Source: Cirrosporium novae-zelandiae (Eukaryota). Taken from it: a stretch of DNA of 64,000 nucleotides. A model generated the notes under the pieces. The model saw only the letters and a program-made list of their open reading frames with translations, had not been told where the DNA came from and searched no databases. The translations under genes and the position numbers were made by a program. Location: NCBI GenBank assembly GCA_026023565.1, contig JAPETS010000004.1:682001-746000 (forward strand). The letters are read 5' to 3'. Positions 10,593 to 24,741 of the stretch are shown one piece after another (the first letter of the stretch is position 1; each line of letters begins with the position of its first letter).

Positions 10593-13500
10593 TCATGCTC
10601 TCGCAACAGTATAGTCCCTATTCTCAACCGTGACACTCTTAGTCTGCAGTGCAAGTCAGTAAGTTACTTCCATACCTAGAACAAAAACATGGTCCAAATA
10701 ACGTACCATTTGATTAACCTTATAAACACCAACCAACCTTTGCGCAAGCTCAAACATATTATTCCGTAACGAAATAACTACAAATTGTGCACCCTTGGTT
10801 CTCTCCCGAATGTATCCAGCCACGATGCTCACGTTTCTGAAGTCCAACGCTGCATCAATTTCGTCCATGACATACAACGGTGTTGGCCTATAATGATGAA
10901 GTGCGAAAACTAGAGCGAGAGAACTCAGGGTTTTCTCCCCACCTGACAGGTTGGAGATGTTTTTCCAAGATTTCTTAGGGGGCATTACAGAAAAGAGAAT
11001 GCCTTCCGCAAAGGGATCAAGGGAGTCCACAAGTTCAAGCTCAGCGTTCCCTCCCATAGTAATCATCTGGTACATTTCCTTCAAGCGAAGTGATATAGTT
11101 GTGAAACCCTCCATGAATCCACGGAGTCTAAGACCTCTTAAGTCATCACATCGTTTCTTTGCCGCGTCTCGGGCCGCTAGAGCTTCAGCGAGATCTGCAG
11201 AACGGAGACGATGCTCTTCCACACGACGGCGATAATCATTCAAAACGGAAAGATCGATGTTCGCGACTTGAGACTTTTCTTCCAGGGCCGCTATAGTGGA
11301 TTTTAAGGCGTCCTTATCCATATCTTGGAGTTCATCCTTGGTATAAGTAGGTAGTGGTTCTGGGTCTTTCTCTTCGCCGAGGTCGGTAAGTGACTGCAAA
11401 GACAGCTTGGACAGCTTTTCAGCCCAATACCGCCCTCGCTTCTGATTCTCACCAAGTATCTTCTGATTTTCTTCAAGCTTGGACCGCATTTCGATCTCAA
11501 CACTACGAAGAGAGTTAAGCTCTGAGGTTTTCTCATCCAAGGAGGTCTTGAGGGCAGCAAGTTCCTCCTTCTTGACTTCAAGTGCATCTCGAGCTTCCTC
11601 TACCTTCTGTCGCGAGCCCGAGGCATCGTTGGATTGATTTTTGATATCCTCACTTAGTATTTCAAGGTCTTCCGCAACATTTGCTAGTTCTTCTTCGGCA
11701 TCTAGATGGGCCTTATTATGCTTAACCTTCTGTTTCGCCGACTTTGTCTTTGCTACTTCAGCATTTGAGATCTCCTCGTTCAAAGTATCAATCTGCTCCT
11801 TTAAACCATCGACCTTGGCCTTTTGGGCACGCAACCGAATGCCACCCACTTCCATGATCTTATCCTGAAGGGCCTCGATTTCTCCTTCGACACCAGAGGT
11901 TTGGGTATGAATCTTCTCTACCTCTTTCTGCAAGGACTCGATTTGTTTTTCCAGAGTTGAGATTCTATTCTCATCGCTTTTGGAAGGTCGATGTTCGACA
12001 CTCAGCTCTTGAATGCGTTTCTGAGCATCAGCCATAGTGCGGTTTGAGCTTTCCAAATCCAGGACTATCTTCTGCATTTGAGTATCTAGCTCGGGAAGTT
12101 TTTCCAAGGATTCGCGAAGTGCATTCTCTAACTGCCGCTGTCTCTCCTGAAATTCTTGGAACTTTTCTTCCACGGCATCTCTGTCCACTTCAAGTTTTGC
12201 AACCTGTTCTTTTGATGTTTCGGCCACCAACTTAGAAGACATACCCCCTCTTGCTACCCGAGTACCACCGCCACTCATGGTACCAGATACATCTATGAGT
12301 TGTCCATCAAGAGTGACAACTCTCCATCTCCTAGCTCCATATGCAATTCGATTTGCTTGTTCGAGATCCTTAGCAACAAGTGTATTGTGAAGAACACTAT
12401 AGAAGGCCAAACTGAATTTCGCATCCTTTGGTTTGATGAGATCAAATAATCGTGGCACGTTCTCCGGAGTAGAAATTGAAGAGAGATCCCGGCGAGCAAG
12501 TCGATCTAAAAGTATGAAATTGGCTCTTCCAAGATTGTTCTTCCGGAGATACTCAATACACTGCTGACCAACTTCAACAGAATCAACCACCATATTTTCC
12601 AGCGAGGGACAAGCAGTGGAGATTGCAACATCATACTTCTGATCAATGGTCCCAAGGTTGCCAAGTCGACCGTGGAAGCCATCTATACGCCCGGATTCCT
12701 TGAGTCTCATTAGCCCACCAAGAACATTTCCTTGATTCTGGGTTTTAGCCAGACTTGCTCGCGCCTCTTCGGCCTTCTGACGAGCGCCTGAAAGGAATGC
12801 TCGAAGCTCAGGTTCTTTCTCGGCGAACTTTTCTATCTCTCGCTGTAGTCTGGTAACTTGTTTCTCAAGTTTGGTTTTCTCTGCCTGCAACTCCTCCATC
12901 TCGGATTTCTTTGCTTCTCTGCTCTCTTCAATGCCACTGATCTTGGCATGAATTTCCTCAAGCGCCACTGCTCCAGCATTGCTCTTCTCTCGGAGCATAT
13001 CCAATTCACTTTGAGTGACGGCAATGGACGATTGCTTCTCGTTCATTTTCGCGTTCCAAGGGTCTAGGAGCTTCTGTTTCGCGGCAATCTCGTCAGAAAG
13101 CCCTTGAGTCTTGCCCTTGAGAGACTCCCTGATTGCAACCAACTCCTTTTCTTCTACTGCCATATCATTTTCCAACTGCTCAACCTCTTTGCTCTTATTC
13201 TCAATGTCATCAGCGTATTTCTCAGCCAGGCTAGAGGCCTCTGACGCTGCAAGTCGACTACTCTGCAAGGCTTTCTCCAACTTTTTTTGCTTGTTGGTGA
13301 TAAACTTCTTCTTTTCTTCAAACTTGACATTTTCTTTGTCAAATTTGGCCATTTCCTTGATCATGGTATTTGTCTCTTTTTCTAATGCCGTACATTCCTT
13401 GGTTCCCCTCTTGTACTGTGATTCGAGGTCTTTGATGCCATCCTCATTCCCTTGATGCTTCTCTAATTCCTCATTAAGTTGACCTTGCATTGCCTCAACA

Positions 13501-15049
13501 GCCTCCTCGGTCACTTGGATATTGTCTGCACATTCATCGATATATATTTGATATAGAGCAGATTGCTTGTAAGTGAGTTCATTCTCATTTCTCACATATG
13601 CTAATGCTTTGTTCTTTTTATCCTCCAAACCATTTTTCTCCTTCTCCACATGTTGAACTCGGGTGTTCTTTTCCTGGCAGACATCGTTCAAGGTCTCTAC
13701 CTCTGCCGCAGATTCTTCGATAGGGGTCTTGTATTTTGAAGTACCAATGATATCTTCCAAATATTCAAGTAATCCATCCTCGTGATCATTGGCGGCCTTT
13801 GGCTTCATCTGTGCAATAGACTCGACTTCACCCTGAAGGATAAGGAATCGTTTATGATCTAGATCTACACCTCGGTCGCGTAGAAGAGTAGTCACTGTCG
13901 TGAAATTTGAATCTTTTCCATTGATGTAATATTTACTTGAATTGTTTCGGAATGCCCTTCTCGAGACGATAAGTTGCGAATTGGGGATAACTTCGTGCTG
14001 AGAGTCACTCTGTAAACATCATTTTGTTAGCGCTATTATAGTATCTTTTTGAATCGAGATCTTACTAAATCTATAACCTCCTGGAAATGTACTTCCACCT
14101 CGCAAAAATCAAGGTTGGGGTGATTTGCCGAATTATGTATGAGAGCAGAAATCTTCCCTTGTCTCATCTTACTTGCACGAAACCCAAAAACAAATAGAAG
14201 AGAATCAATAACGTTAGATTTCCCAGATCCATTTGGACCAACCACCGAAGTAAAAGAAGCATGGAATGGGCCCACTTCTTGCCTTCCGGCATAGCTTTTG
14301 AAATTCGTTAGAACCAAGTATGTGATAACTATTCTCGGTTTCGGTCCTGTAGGCTCTTCCACTGGTGGAATGCCCATTGCTCTCGCCTTCACGACTATAT
14401 CCATAGGTTTCTCCAATACAGTATCCATTGGCTTAACAGGTTTGACAAGTTCTGCAGGGTTTGCGACAGAGGTTGGCTGTTCATTAACTGTAGAGTCAGT
14501 CGTATCCGCTAAAGGTGTGCCTGAGGCTGTTGATAGGTTTGGAACTGTTGCTGAGTCTGAGGCTGTTGATGCATCCGGAGCTGTTGATGCATCTGGGGCT
14601 GCTGATGGTTCTGGAGAGGCAGACGATTTCGGGCTTGAGAATTGTGGCTCGAGATCTGGAGTCACTTCTAGCGCCTCTAAAGCGATGATCTTTCGAGGAG
14701 GTGCGGGAGTTCTTCTTTTGCGTGGAGAGGCTTTTCTCTTCATAGGCGATCCGGTAGATAATGTAGGGTTTTGTACTGTGCTTTCGGGATCAAATATTTC
14801 GGATGGCTCAATGCTCTCTCGTGTTTTGGATTTCCGGCTTCGCCTGCCCGTAGCGGGTGTCCGAGATACATCTGCGGTTTTTCTTCTCGATGCCCGCCTA
14901 GGAGTCTTCTGTGGGGCAGGTGTGTATTCTTCTTCACTGCCTTCGTCTTCCTGAATGGAAGGAACGTCTTCGTCGTCAGAGTCTTCAACAATCACCTTCT
15001 TCCGAGCAGCAGCTCTTCTGGAAGGCCTCGTTGGCGAAACTAAGTCCAT
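10593..15049 (-). CDS. SMC4: Condensin subunit SMC4 (3 exons)
   Basis: Walker A GPNGSGKSN, coiled coils, hinge GFHGRLGNLG, signature LSGGEKT, Walker B YVMDEIDAALD; short last exon TKSVTVENRDY..TGA. Confidence 0.96.
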
Positions 15050-15274
15050 TGTGTATGATTGCGACCAAACCCTTTAATGCTGCTTGGTTAGTAGTGAAAT
15101 TGTACTAGTGGGTAGGTATTTACACTGACATGTTTGTAAACAACCCGCAAGATAGTAACACCGATATGCACAGACCCCCAACAGCTCTCAGCCCTATGAC
15201 CCCAGATTGTACTTTCAATCGCAATCATCCTACTCTGAACTACCATATCGAAATACAAAAGGTATCTACGAAAC

Positions 15275-16356
15275 ATGAACCAATCACTTGAATTCGAAGT
15301 TGTTTTCTGCTTTAACCCAAACTACCAATATGATCAGAAAACCATTGAAACCATTTCTTCAAATCGAAGGGCATTAGAACAGCTCTTCTTTGACCGTCTA
15401 CTTCAAGTGCTTGGTGTCAAGGAATGTGAGGAAAATGTGTTACACCTATTGAATCTCTCCAAATCAAACTGATAAATATATATAGCACGGAGTTTATATC
15501 CCCCACGGACAAATGCATTACTTCGCGACCTACATAATGCAATAGTCACCAGTAGTGCTCAGGTTCACCACAAACAAGCTCTTCTGTACTATATCCTACG
15601 AGACTGCCGGTCAAAGCATCCCGATGTAGACAAGAGCTTCATACAACAGCAGTATTTACCAGAGAGGTACCGCATCTTCATCGATGGAATATATTACATG
15701 GACACCTTCGATTTCAAGGTATTTGTAGGCAATAGTCGCGCATAGTGATGGTCTGGCTGACCATTTATTAGAAAGCTCTCCTCAACCTCACAGTTCCGTC
15801 TCTTCTCCCCACATTTCCCGATGAAATCCTGAAGACGCTACTCCTTCACAATAAACCAAGTGAGCCCTTACTACCGCTCGCATATTACCAATCTGTATCC
15901 CCTCCGCTCGAGGATCCGAGCGTTCTACCAATCTTCCTCGCCTACTTGATCGAAAAGACCGGTGTAACATCAGCCTTCCGCTTTTCTCAGGAGCTCGGAG
16001 CATCTCGCCATCATAACCTCTTCAAAGACCTCATTCTCTACGTTCATTCTCCAGAAATGAACGGGGACACTCGGGCTCAATGGGCTATGGAATTGATCAA
16101 CTTGCCACTTAACCAGGAGGAAGAACAATGGTTTGATGAAATACTAGAGGATGCCGTGGAAAGAGGAGTGAAGGGAGCGGCAGACACCATGCTAATAAGG
16201 AAGATTACTTGCCGAAAAGCAGCAGGGGCTTTGAATGAGATGGGTGACGGACTTAGTAGGAAAATAATCAATGGGCTGGGATGGGAGGATCTAAAATTAA
16301 GCCTGGGAAGGGGGTTAGGGCCTAGAAAAGAAGCTGGAGAGTTCTGGGCTCAATGA
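15275..16356 (+). CDS. ELYS-like nuclear pore assembly protein (3 exons)
   Basis: LFFDRLL..SLYPPRT..LRDLH..HHKQALLYYILRD..PTFPDEIL; canonical introns at about 15426-15485 and 15719-15771. Confidence 0.75.
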
Positions 16357-17013
16357 AATTATGCATTTAAACTTTTCGACAGCGATGGCGTCCTGGAATC
16401 ACTTGACAAAACACTTTAATAAGCCTTCCGACTCGGTCCAAAGAGCTCTGTTCCTCAATTTGAACCGGCCGTTGGCATCTTTATTCAAAGAACACCGTTG
16501 GCTCTTGCATACCTCCCGCGGTATATTTAGGACATTCAGTGTACTCAGTGGCCTTTTCATAGCACGTCATAGGCCGATCCGGTAGTTTTGTTGTCTTGGT
16601 CTGCGCTCCCTGTGGTGTCAATTAGAGGGTGTCATTGTTGCTTCTAAGATAAGGTATTATGAAGCCTTCTGTTTTGAATTGATAGTCGGTTTTTCATTTT
16701 CTATTCTAACTCTCTATTTTGTAGACCGTGAGCGCCTACCCCTTTCCTCCGTCTCTCCTTAATACAAGGACAAGAGATGTATAGATATGGGCAATCGAGG
16801 GTCTTTGTATGAACAAGAAATGGTTTTGGGAACGGAAAGAGACAGATAGAAACAGTGATAGGGAAAACTCTAGTTAATCAAAATATTGTTTCATGTAGGA
16901 CAATATGCATTTAGATCAAATCCCATAACCTTATTAAAATCTTCCTTGGCCTTTTAAGTCTATAATTTAAACCGCAAATTCCTTCGTCATAAAGAACCAA
17001 GGTGTAATATCTA

Positions 17014-17066
17014 AGCAAACAGAGCAAACAGAGCAAACAGAGCAAACAGAGCAAACAGAGCAAACA
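17014..17066. repeat. 9-bp tandem repeat (AGCAAACAG) about 6 copies, with degenerate tail
   Basis: Read directly from sequence. Confidence 0.95.
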
Positions 17067-17313
17067 CGACAAACAAGGAAAACAAGGCAAACGGTTTGAA
17101 GCTGGCAGCACAGTTATAACTCTTTGGAGCTCTTTCAACTGCTGTAAGGTAAGATGAATTCCAGTGCTTAGAACTAGAAATGCATAGTTTACACCTTTAG
17201 GATTATTTAATATCTCTACACTCTCTCATTATAACCTCCATGCAGGTTTCACGTCCGAACCACGCAACCCAAAATACCTCCATAATCCACTCTTAATCCC
17301 CCATACGTTGAAG

Positions 17314-20300
17314 ATGTTTAATTTCACGTCACTTCTCGGTGCACAATCGCCTTCTGCAGGCTCTCAGTCGCTGCTAGAGCTCGATGGTGGCGTGAAGATA
17401 CTGATTGATGTTGGCTGGGACGAAGCCTTTGACGTCGAGAAGCTGCGAAACCTTGAAAGGTATTAATATCTGAACTGGGAGTACGAAGCTAAATAAAATT
17501 GCACATGGATTGCTAACACGATGCACGCTGCATAGAGAAATCCCTACACTCTCTATTATTCTATTGACACATGCCACGCCAGCTCATCTGGCCGCTTTCG
17601 CTCACTGCTGCAAGCACTTTCCTCTATTCACCCGTGTACCTATCTATGCGACAAACCCAGTAATATCACTGGGCAGAACTTTTCTTCAGGACCTTTATGC
17701 CTCTGCTCCTCTAGCAGCAACTTTAATTTCTGCAGATGCCATTGCACAGTCCAATGGGTTAGATCCCACACAAGACACCCACGAGAACCACCTCAAAACA
17801 AATATCCTTTTGCCCCCACCGACGGCTGAGGAAATTGCTGCTTACTTTTCGCTCATACACCCTTTGAAGTACTCCCAACCCCATCAACCTCTGCCGTCAC
17901 CATTTTCACCACCGCTGAATGGACTTACAATTACTGCTTATAATGCTGGACATTCCCTGGGTGGTACAATATGGCATATTCAATTGGGCATGGAGTCAAT
18001 AATCTATGCGGTAGATTGGAACCAAGCTAAAGAGAATGTACTTGCTGGCGCAGCTTGGTTTGGAGGAGCTGGTGCAACTGGCACAGATGTCATAGAACAG
18101 TTACGAAAACCAACAGCGTTAGTCTGTTCAAGCTCGGGTGCTGAAAGAGCTGCCCTGTCTGGTGGACGAAACAAACGTGATGATCTTCTCCTTGATCATA
18201 TCCGGACTACTGTCAGTAAAGGAGGCACAGTGTTAATCCCAACAGATACGAGTGGACGGGCTCTTGAAATCGCTTACATACTCGAACATGAATGGCGAAG
18301 GGCCTCCGCTGAAAAGGATGGCACTGACTCTATCAAATCCGCCGAAGTATATTTCGCAAGCAAGACAGCTGGGGCTACTATGCGTTATGCAAAGAGTATG
18401 CTGGAATGGATGGATGATAGCATCGTTCGAGAATTCGAAACTGATGCTGCAGCTATCGGAGGTCGGTCACGACAGCAAGCAGATGCTCATCAAGAATTTG
18501 GGTCGAATACACAGGCCGCTCTTGGGGCTCCTGATGGAGTAAATATAGCAAAAGGGCACGGACCACTTGATTTTAAACACTTACAGCTTGTTGAACGCCG
18601 GAACAAACTTGAGAAAGCATTCTCCAAGGAAGGCCCGAAGGTAATCTTGGCCAGTGATGCATCTTTAGAATGGGGATTTTCAAAAGATATCATCAAAAAC
18701 GTTGTTGAGAATCCGAATAATTTGATTGTGCTGACTGAGCACCTTGGGCGATCCAAGGTAGACCCACAAAAGCCGGGGACTAGTTTAGGAGAGATTCTTT
18801 GGTCATGGTATGAAGAAAGGGAACATGGCGTTGCAACGGAAATAGCATCAGATGGAGAGCTTCTAGAGCAGGTCCATACTGGCGGCCGAGAACTTGTATT
18901 TAGGAGTGTTCAGAAACAGTCCCTCGACCCAGCCGAGCAAATGCTTTATCAGCAGTATCTTGCTACGCAAATACAGCTACAGGCAGGCCTACAAGGCACT
19001 GCTGTAGGTTTGGAGACCTCGGCGGATGCTGTAGACGAAGCTTCTTCTTCATCTTCTTCATCAGATGAAGAATCTGATTCTGAGCAACAAGGCAAAGCTT
19101 TAAATTTTGCAGCTACCTTAGCTCATTCTAACCGTCATAAGTTAGGCTTAAGTAATGAGGAGTTGGGTGTAAATGTCCTTCTACGACGCAAGGGCGTTTA
19201 TGATTATGACGTCCGTGGTAAAAAAGGCCGTGAAAAGATATTTCCTTTCGTTGTAAAGCGGAGACGGGCAGATGACTTTGGAGAACTTATTCGACCGGAA
19301 GAATACTTGAGGGCAGAGGAAAGGGACGAAATTGATGGACAAGATATGAAAGCAGAAAAGGATCAAGACGATGCGGAGTATAAACTCGGCCAAAAGAGGA
19401 AGTGGGGCGATGTTGGCGTGGATATCTTAGCAGGCGGCAAACGAAAGCGAGGCGGGCGACAGGATGTTATGAACCCAGGAATAATCGGTATAGACTCGGA
19501 TCAGCCTCTTACATCTGGAAATGACGATGAAGATATGGAATCCGAGGAAGAAAATGAATCCGCCGTGGTTGGCCCATCTAAAGCGGTATTCGAGACAATA
19601 ACTGTGACAGTCCATTCGAGGCTTGCCTTCGTTGATTTCCAGGGGATCCATGATCAGCGAAGTCTTCAGATGCTGATACCGTTAATCCAACCCCGGAAGC
19701 TCGTGCTTACAAGGGGTACCAAGGAGGAGACGCTAGCTCTCGCAGAGGACTGTCAGAAACTTCTAGCAGCAAAATCTGGGGAACTGTCTCAGAATGACGT
19801 TGTTCCCATTTTTACACCTGCGCTAGGAGAAACAGTTGATGCAAGTGTTGATACAAATGCCTGGACGGTTAAGCTTACACGGACCCTTGCAAATCATTTA
19901 CACTGGCAGAATGTTCGTGGCTTGGGTGTTGTTACTCTTACAGGTCAATTAGCTATGGCTCATATTTCCGACGGAGATCATTCCCAAGAGGCCAGCAACA
20001 AAAAACCGAGACTGATAAAGAACGAGGCCGATCCAACGAGTTCTGAAGAAAATATTGGTGAATCAAAGGACGATGATTTGGAACCAGTTCTTGATGTTCT
20101 CCCTCCCGGTATGGCTGCTGCAACTCGTTCTATCGCTCAACCACTACATGTTGGCGATCTGCGCTTGGCAGATTTACGGAAACTATTGCAATCTTCTGGA
20201 CATACTGCAGAGTTCCGAGGTGAAGGAACTCTTCTCATCGATGGATTGGTAGCTGTTAGGAAGACAGCAACCGGACGAATCGAAGTGGAAGGGGGAGGCC

Positions 20301-20398
20301 TCTACACAGCCGGTGTAAGAGCTAGTAACTTCGAAGGGACATTTTTTGCTGTGAAACGCAAGATTTATGAAGGTCTTGCGGTTGTTGCTGGTGGATAA
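17314..20398 (+). CDS. CFT2: Cleavage and polyadenylation specificity factor subunit 2 (CPSF100); one 5' intron
   Basis: MFNFTSLLGA..LIDVGWDEAF, degenerate metallo-beta-lactamase LLTHATPAHL, YNAGHSLGGTIW, beta-CASP region, LHVGDLRLADL. Confidence 0.93.
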
Positions 20399-21180
20399 TA
20401 TCTAGATCTGCAGAGCATAAATCTCGATCCGATTTTCGTATTTTCGGAACACCAGAATCGGTCAGGAAGAAACCTTTCAATACCACTACTTCATAATTCC
20501 TGTTTTACTCCTAATATTGCATCAGTTGGCCTATGTTTGATACCTAACATTGCTATAAGTTGTTTTGCAATATGCCCTATCCAGTGTTGAAGTTTTGACG
20601 ATCTTCGAGACACTTGAACAAAACTATATCCCTTATTTTTGGCTTAATTGTGTGACTATGTGTGGGACTAGTGAAGCATCACTATATCGAGAATCTAACC
20701 GTGAACTAGAGTTTGTTCACCTTGAGAATTATGCAAGACCTCAATCAAGGCCCTTTCACTAGCTAATTTGTTTTAGTGAGTTCAAGCTGAGCATAGTCAC
20801 TCTTTTTATACCAGAATTCATGCCTGTAGCAACTTACTCGAAGTTCTGAACCTGGAATTCTCGGGGATGCTCACTTTAGCCTATGACATTCACAAGATCA
20901 AGGTGTACAGCCCAGGCGAGATGACTTGTTTCTAGGGCTCATGGCGCCAACGGTGACGATTCTGTTTGCTCCTCATTCAATTCTACTATATAGAACCTGA
21001 AGGCTGGCAATGATCAAAGGTCTATAAATTGCTTCTTCTGCTCCTCTTTGTCTTCGTCTTCATCCCCATTCTCATAACCAACTATCATCCTAGGCTACGG
21101 CATCATCAGCGGTATCCATAAAAACATAATTAAACCCCTCTACAAAGAGCTATTAACCAATCTCACCTACTCCATTTAAA

Positions 21181-21846
21181 ATGCCTGTAAACCACTTCGT
21201 GACTCGGAACGGGCTTCCACCCAACAATGGACTTCTCCCTGGATATTTTATTCCTCGGCCTATTCTCCAACTTGTTCTAATTCCTGCCCCTCCACCCATC
21301 CCACCGCCCGCACCCAGACCACAAGTTGGCCGCCCCCCGGTTCCACCCAACCTTGGTGTGGTACGGGTTCACGCAGAACCTCCTCCTCCCCCTCCTCCAA
21401 AAACCGCTCCAGCAGCTGTAGCAAAGGGGGCAGCCAATGCGAATCAAGAGGGCCACTTTGTACAATGTGGCAACGGTAACACCCTTGCCATCGCTGGTGA
21501 GATGTGTATTTTCAGAGTCGTCATGGCTCCTAACTACCTACCTTACGAGAACAACCAAGCTATGTTTCCGGCCCGTGATTACGAATTCCCAGATAACACG
21601 ACCATCAAACAGGTCATTGCGGCCCTCATCAAAGCTGTTTGTGGAGGAGATATTGGAGACCCTGCAAAATGTGGAATCACACAATGTCTTGAAGGTGGAT
21701 ATGGCAATTGGATTAAAGGGGCGACTTTCATGGCTAATGGTGATGATGGGAAACTTAATAGGACACTCAAGACTTTAGGATGGATCCCCTCCAAGGGAAT
21801 CGCTACTAAAGGAAGACCTATCATTACTGCAGTCCACAAAGGTTGA
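21181..21846 (+). CDS. Hypothetical protein with proline-rich N-terminus (221 aa)
   Basis: Intronless ATG ORF; TATAAA at about 21023; globular-looking C-terminal half. Confidence 0.7.
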   Translation: MPVNHFVTRNGLPPNNGLLPGYFIPRPILQLVLIPAPPPIPPPAPRPQVGRPPVPPNLGVVRVHAEPPPPPPPKTAPAAVAKGAANANQEGHFVQCGNGNTLAIAGEMCIFRVVMAPNYLPYENNQAMFPARDYEFPDNTTIKQVIAALIKAVCGGDIGDPAKCGITQCLEGGYGNWIKGATFMANGDDGKLNRTLKTLGWIPSKGIATKGRPIITAVHKG

Positions 21847-22481
21847 TTTGTTGTGTGCCGAGGTACAGGGATGCTTGGAAGCTACTGTGTGATGGTTATC
21901 AAATGTGTTTTAACTGGAAAGTATTTACAATTTGTTGTACACCGTGTAGGGAAGAATAAAATAATAATATTATTAGAGCCCGATTTACTAAAATAGATGG
22001 CTACGTAATTAATGTAGTTTGAAGGTTTAAAAGCATGCGGAGAAGCATAAAAAGATTGATAAGGGTGGAGAAGGAGAAGTGCAAGGTTAAATGACTCGGT
22101 AGATATCGGCAGGACCAGCCTTGGTGGGATTAGTCTTGGATGCATACACTTCATCCCAACAAACAGATACGGACAGCCGCATCGATAAACATCCTCTCAA
22201 GGAATATCTAGTCTATCTCCTCACTACTTTTCGGATATGTTCTACTATCACCTAGCCTGGTATGCTCATCCGCTGACTTGTCTGTGGATACCCTCAATAA
22301 TCTTCTTAGTCTATATCCATCATAGATATAAACTTCCTTCCTCCCGTCTTCCTTGATCTTCCTTCAAGATCCTTTCCATAAAAAGAATCCCCCTCTCCAC
22401 TCCTTCTTATCGTACTTATAGTTACAGCTGAAATCCATTAACGTCTTTCCTCACCAGAAGTTCCTATTCTATTTTCCTAAC

Positions 22482-24741
22482 ATGTCTAAAGAATCGGAAG
22501 AAGCAATGATATCATTGCCATATCAGCTGCATCCTCTCTCCCCAATAACATCATCCGAGATCATCAGTGCTGGAGAGCTCCTCCGCGCACAATGGCCTCC
22601 ACAGACAGATTTACATTTCAAAACAATAACCCTGCAGGAACCAGCTAAGAAGGAATTGATGCCATACTTGGAAGCTGAACACGATGGAAGGAAATTACCA
22701 TCCATTGACAGAAAGGCTTTCTCCAACTACTATATTCGCAATACGGTGAGCGGTCAAAGTTGGGAGCATTGTACTACTTTTTACTTAGCTTGAGAATGGG
22801 GATGTCCCTGTAAGCTAACTTTGATGTATAGAATAAATTCCACGAAGCCATTATCAATCTTACCACAGGAACTGTCGAGCGCAATGCTCGTTTAGGACCC
22901 TTTATGCACAGCCCCGGAGACGGGGATGAGATTATCGCCATCGAGAAGGCTGCTTTGGAAGATGCAGCTGTCCAGGCTGAAGTTGCCAAGCTCCAATTGC
23001 CAAAAGGGACAGTCCTTGTGGCAGATCCCTGGATTTTTGGTTTAGTGCTGCAATATAGCCCAAAATGGATGGCTTTTGATTAATATGAGGCAGGTACCGA
23101 TGGCAAGACCGACGAGGATAGACTTTACCAAGTTTTTGTGTACATGCGCGATCCCATGAACCCATCCGAAGTGGATTCATGCCACTATGCACTCCCTCTT
23201 GCGATTTCTCCTATCGTTGACCCTAAAAGCATGAAAGTCGTAAAAATCGAGTTATGCCCGACGGGAGCAGATACTACCATTAAAGAAACGCAGCCGTACA
23301 AGATTAAACCACCAAACGAGTATGTACCAGAGTATCAAAAGCTAAGAACTGATTTGAAGCCTCTACGGGTTACCCAACCCGAGGGGGCTAGTTTCAAGAT
23401 TACAAAAGGAGGAGAGGTCGTTGAGTGGCAGAAATGGCACGTAAGAGTCGGGTTCAACCAACGTGAAGGTATTGTTCTATACGATGTAATTGCCGAGAGT
23501 TCTAGTATTTTTATGTCATCTGCTAACACATTCAGGTTCGGTACGATGGACGTCCACTCTTCTATCGGCTATCCCTCAGTGATATGAACATTCCATATGC
23601 TGACCCTCGGCCTCCTTTCTATAAGAAGTCTGCCTTTGACCTAGGCGATGCTGGTGCTGGAGTGATGGCTAATAATCTGAAATTGGGTTGTGATTGCTTG
23701 GGTGTGATTCATTATCTCGATGGAGTTCTCTCAACCGACAAGGGCACCGCCATTTCGATGCCAAATGTGATTTGTCTTCATGAACAAGATAGCGGAATTG
23801 GTTGGAAGCACACAAACTACCGGACTGGCAGAGCTATTGTTGCCCGCAACCGGGAACTTGTATTTCAATCCATCATCACTGTTTCCAATTACGAATATAT
23901 TCTAGCCTTTATCCTCAACCAAGCTGGCGAACTGGATTACGAAGTCCGTGCTACTGGAATCCTTTCCACACAACCCATCGATGACGAGGTGGTGGAAGCT
24001 GGTGGAGTCAACTTTGGAACGGTGGTTCATCCCGGTGTCCTCGCCTGTCACCACCAACATTTCTTCTCCCTCCGTGTTGACCCGATGCTCGACGGCCCTC
24101 TGAATACTCTCACTCAAACCGAAGCTTTCGCTATGCCACCGGGGCCCAACAATCCTCTCGAAAACGGTTATTACACAACCGCGACTCCCATAACCACAGC
24201 CTGCGCTCTCGACCTCAACCCAGCCACAAACCGAACCTTTGCAATCACCAACCCCCACGTTCGAAATCCCATCAACCACCTCCCCGTCGCCTATAAGATC
24301 CAAGTTCCTCCCATGCAACCCTTACTCTCCTCACCCCAGTCTTACAACTATGCACGTGCTGAATTCGCCTCCCACTCTCTCTTTGTAACCTCGTACCGCG
24401 ACGATGAACTCTACGCTGGTGGCCGATACACCAACCAATCACGCGGCGGAACCGGCGTCCGTTCCTTTGCTTCCCGGACCGATAAGGTCGACGACTCAGA
24501 TATTGTTGTTTGGGTGAACTTTGGTATAAACCATATCCCCCGAATTGAGGATTTCCCCGTTATGCCCGTGGAGATACTACGGGTTGCAATGAAGCCTGTG
24601 AATTTCTTCAATAGGAATCCCGCATTGGATGTTCCTCCTAGTAGTCAGGATTTCAATCGGAGCACTCTGCTTGGAGATATGCACCAGCAGCCCATGGTCG
24701 AGGCAAAGATTGGAGAGGACTGTTGTGCGAGTAAGTTGTAG
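22482..24741 (+). CDS. Copper-containing amine oxidase, probably peroxisomal (4 exons)
   Basis: LHPLSPIT, AFDLGD, TVSNYEY (TPQ motif), HQH copper ligands, HIPRIEDFPVMP, C-terminal SKL. Confidence 0.93.

Noticed and set aside
14298..14954. 218-aa ORF on the + strand
   Set aside because: Antisense shadow of SMC4 exon 1
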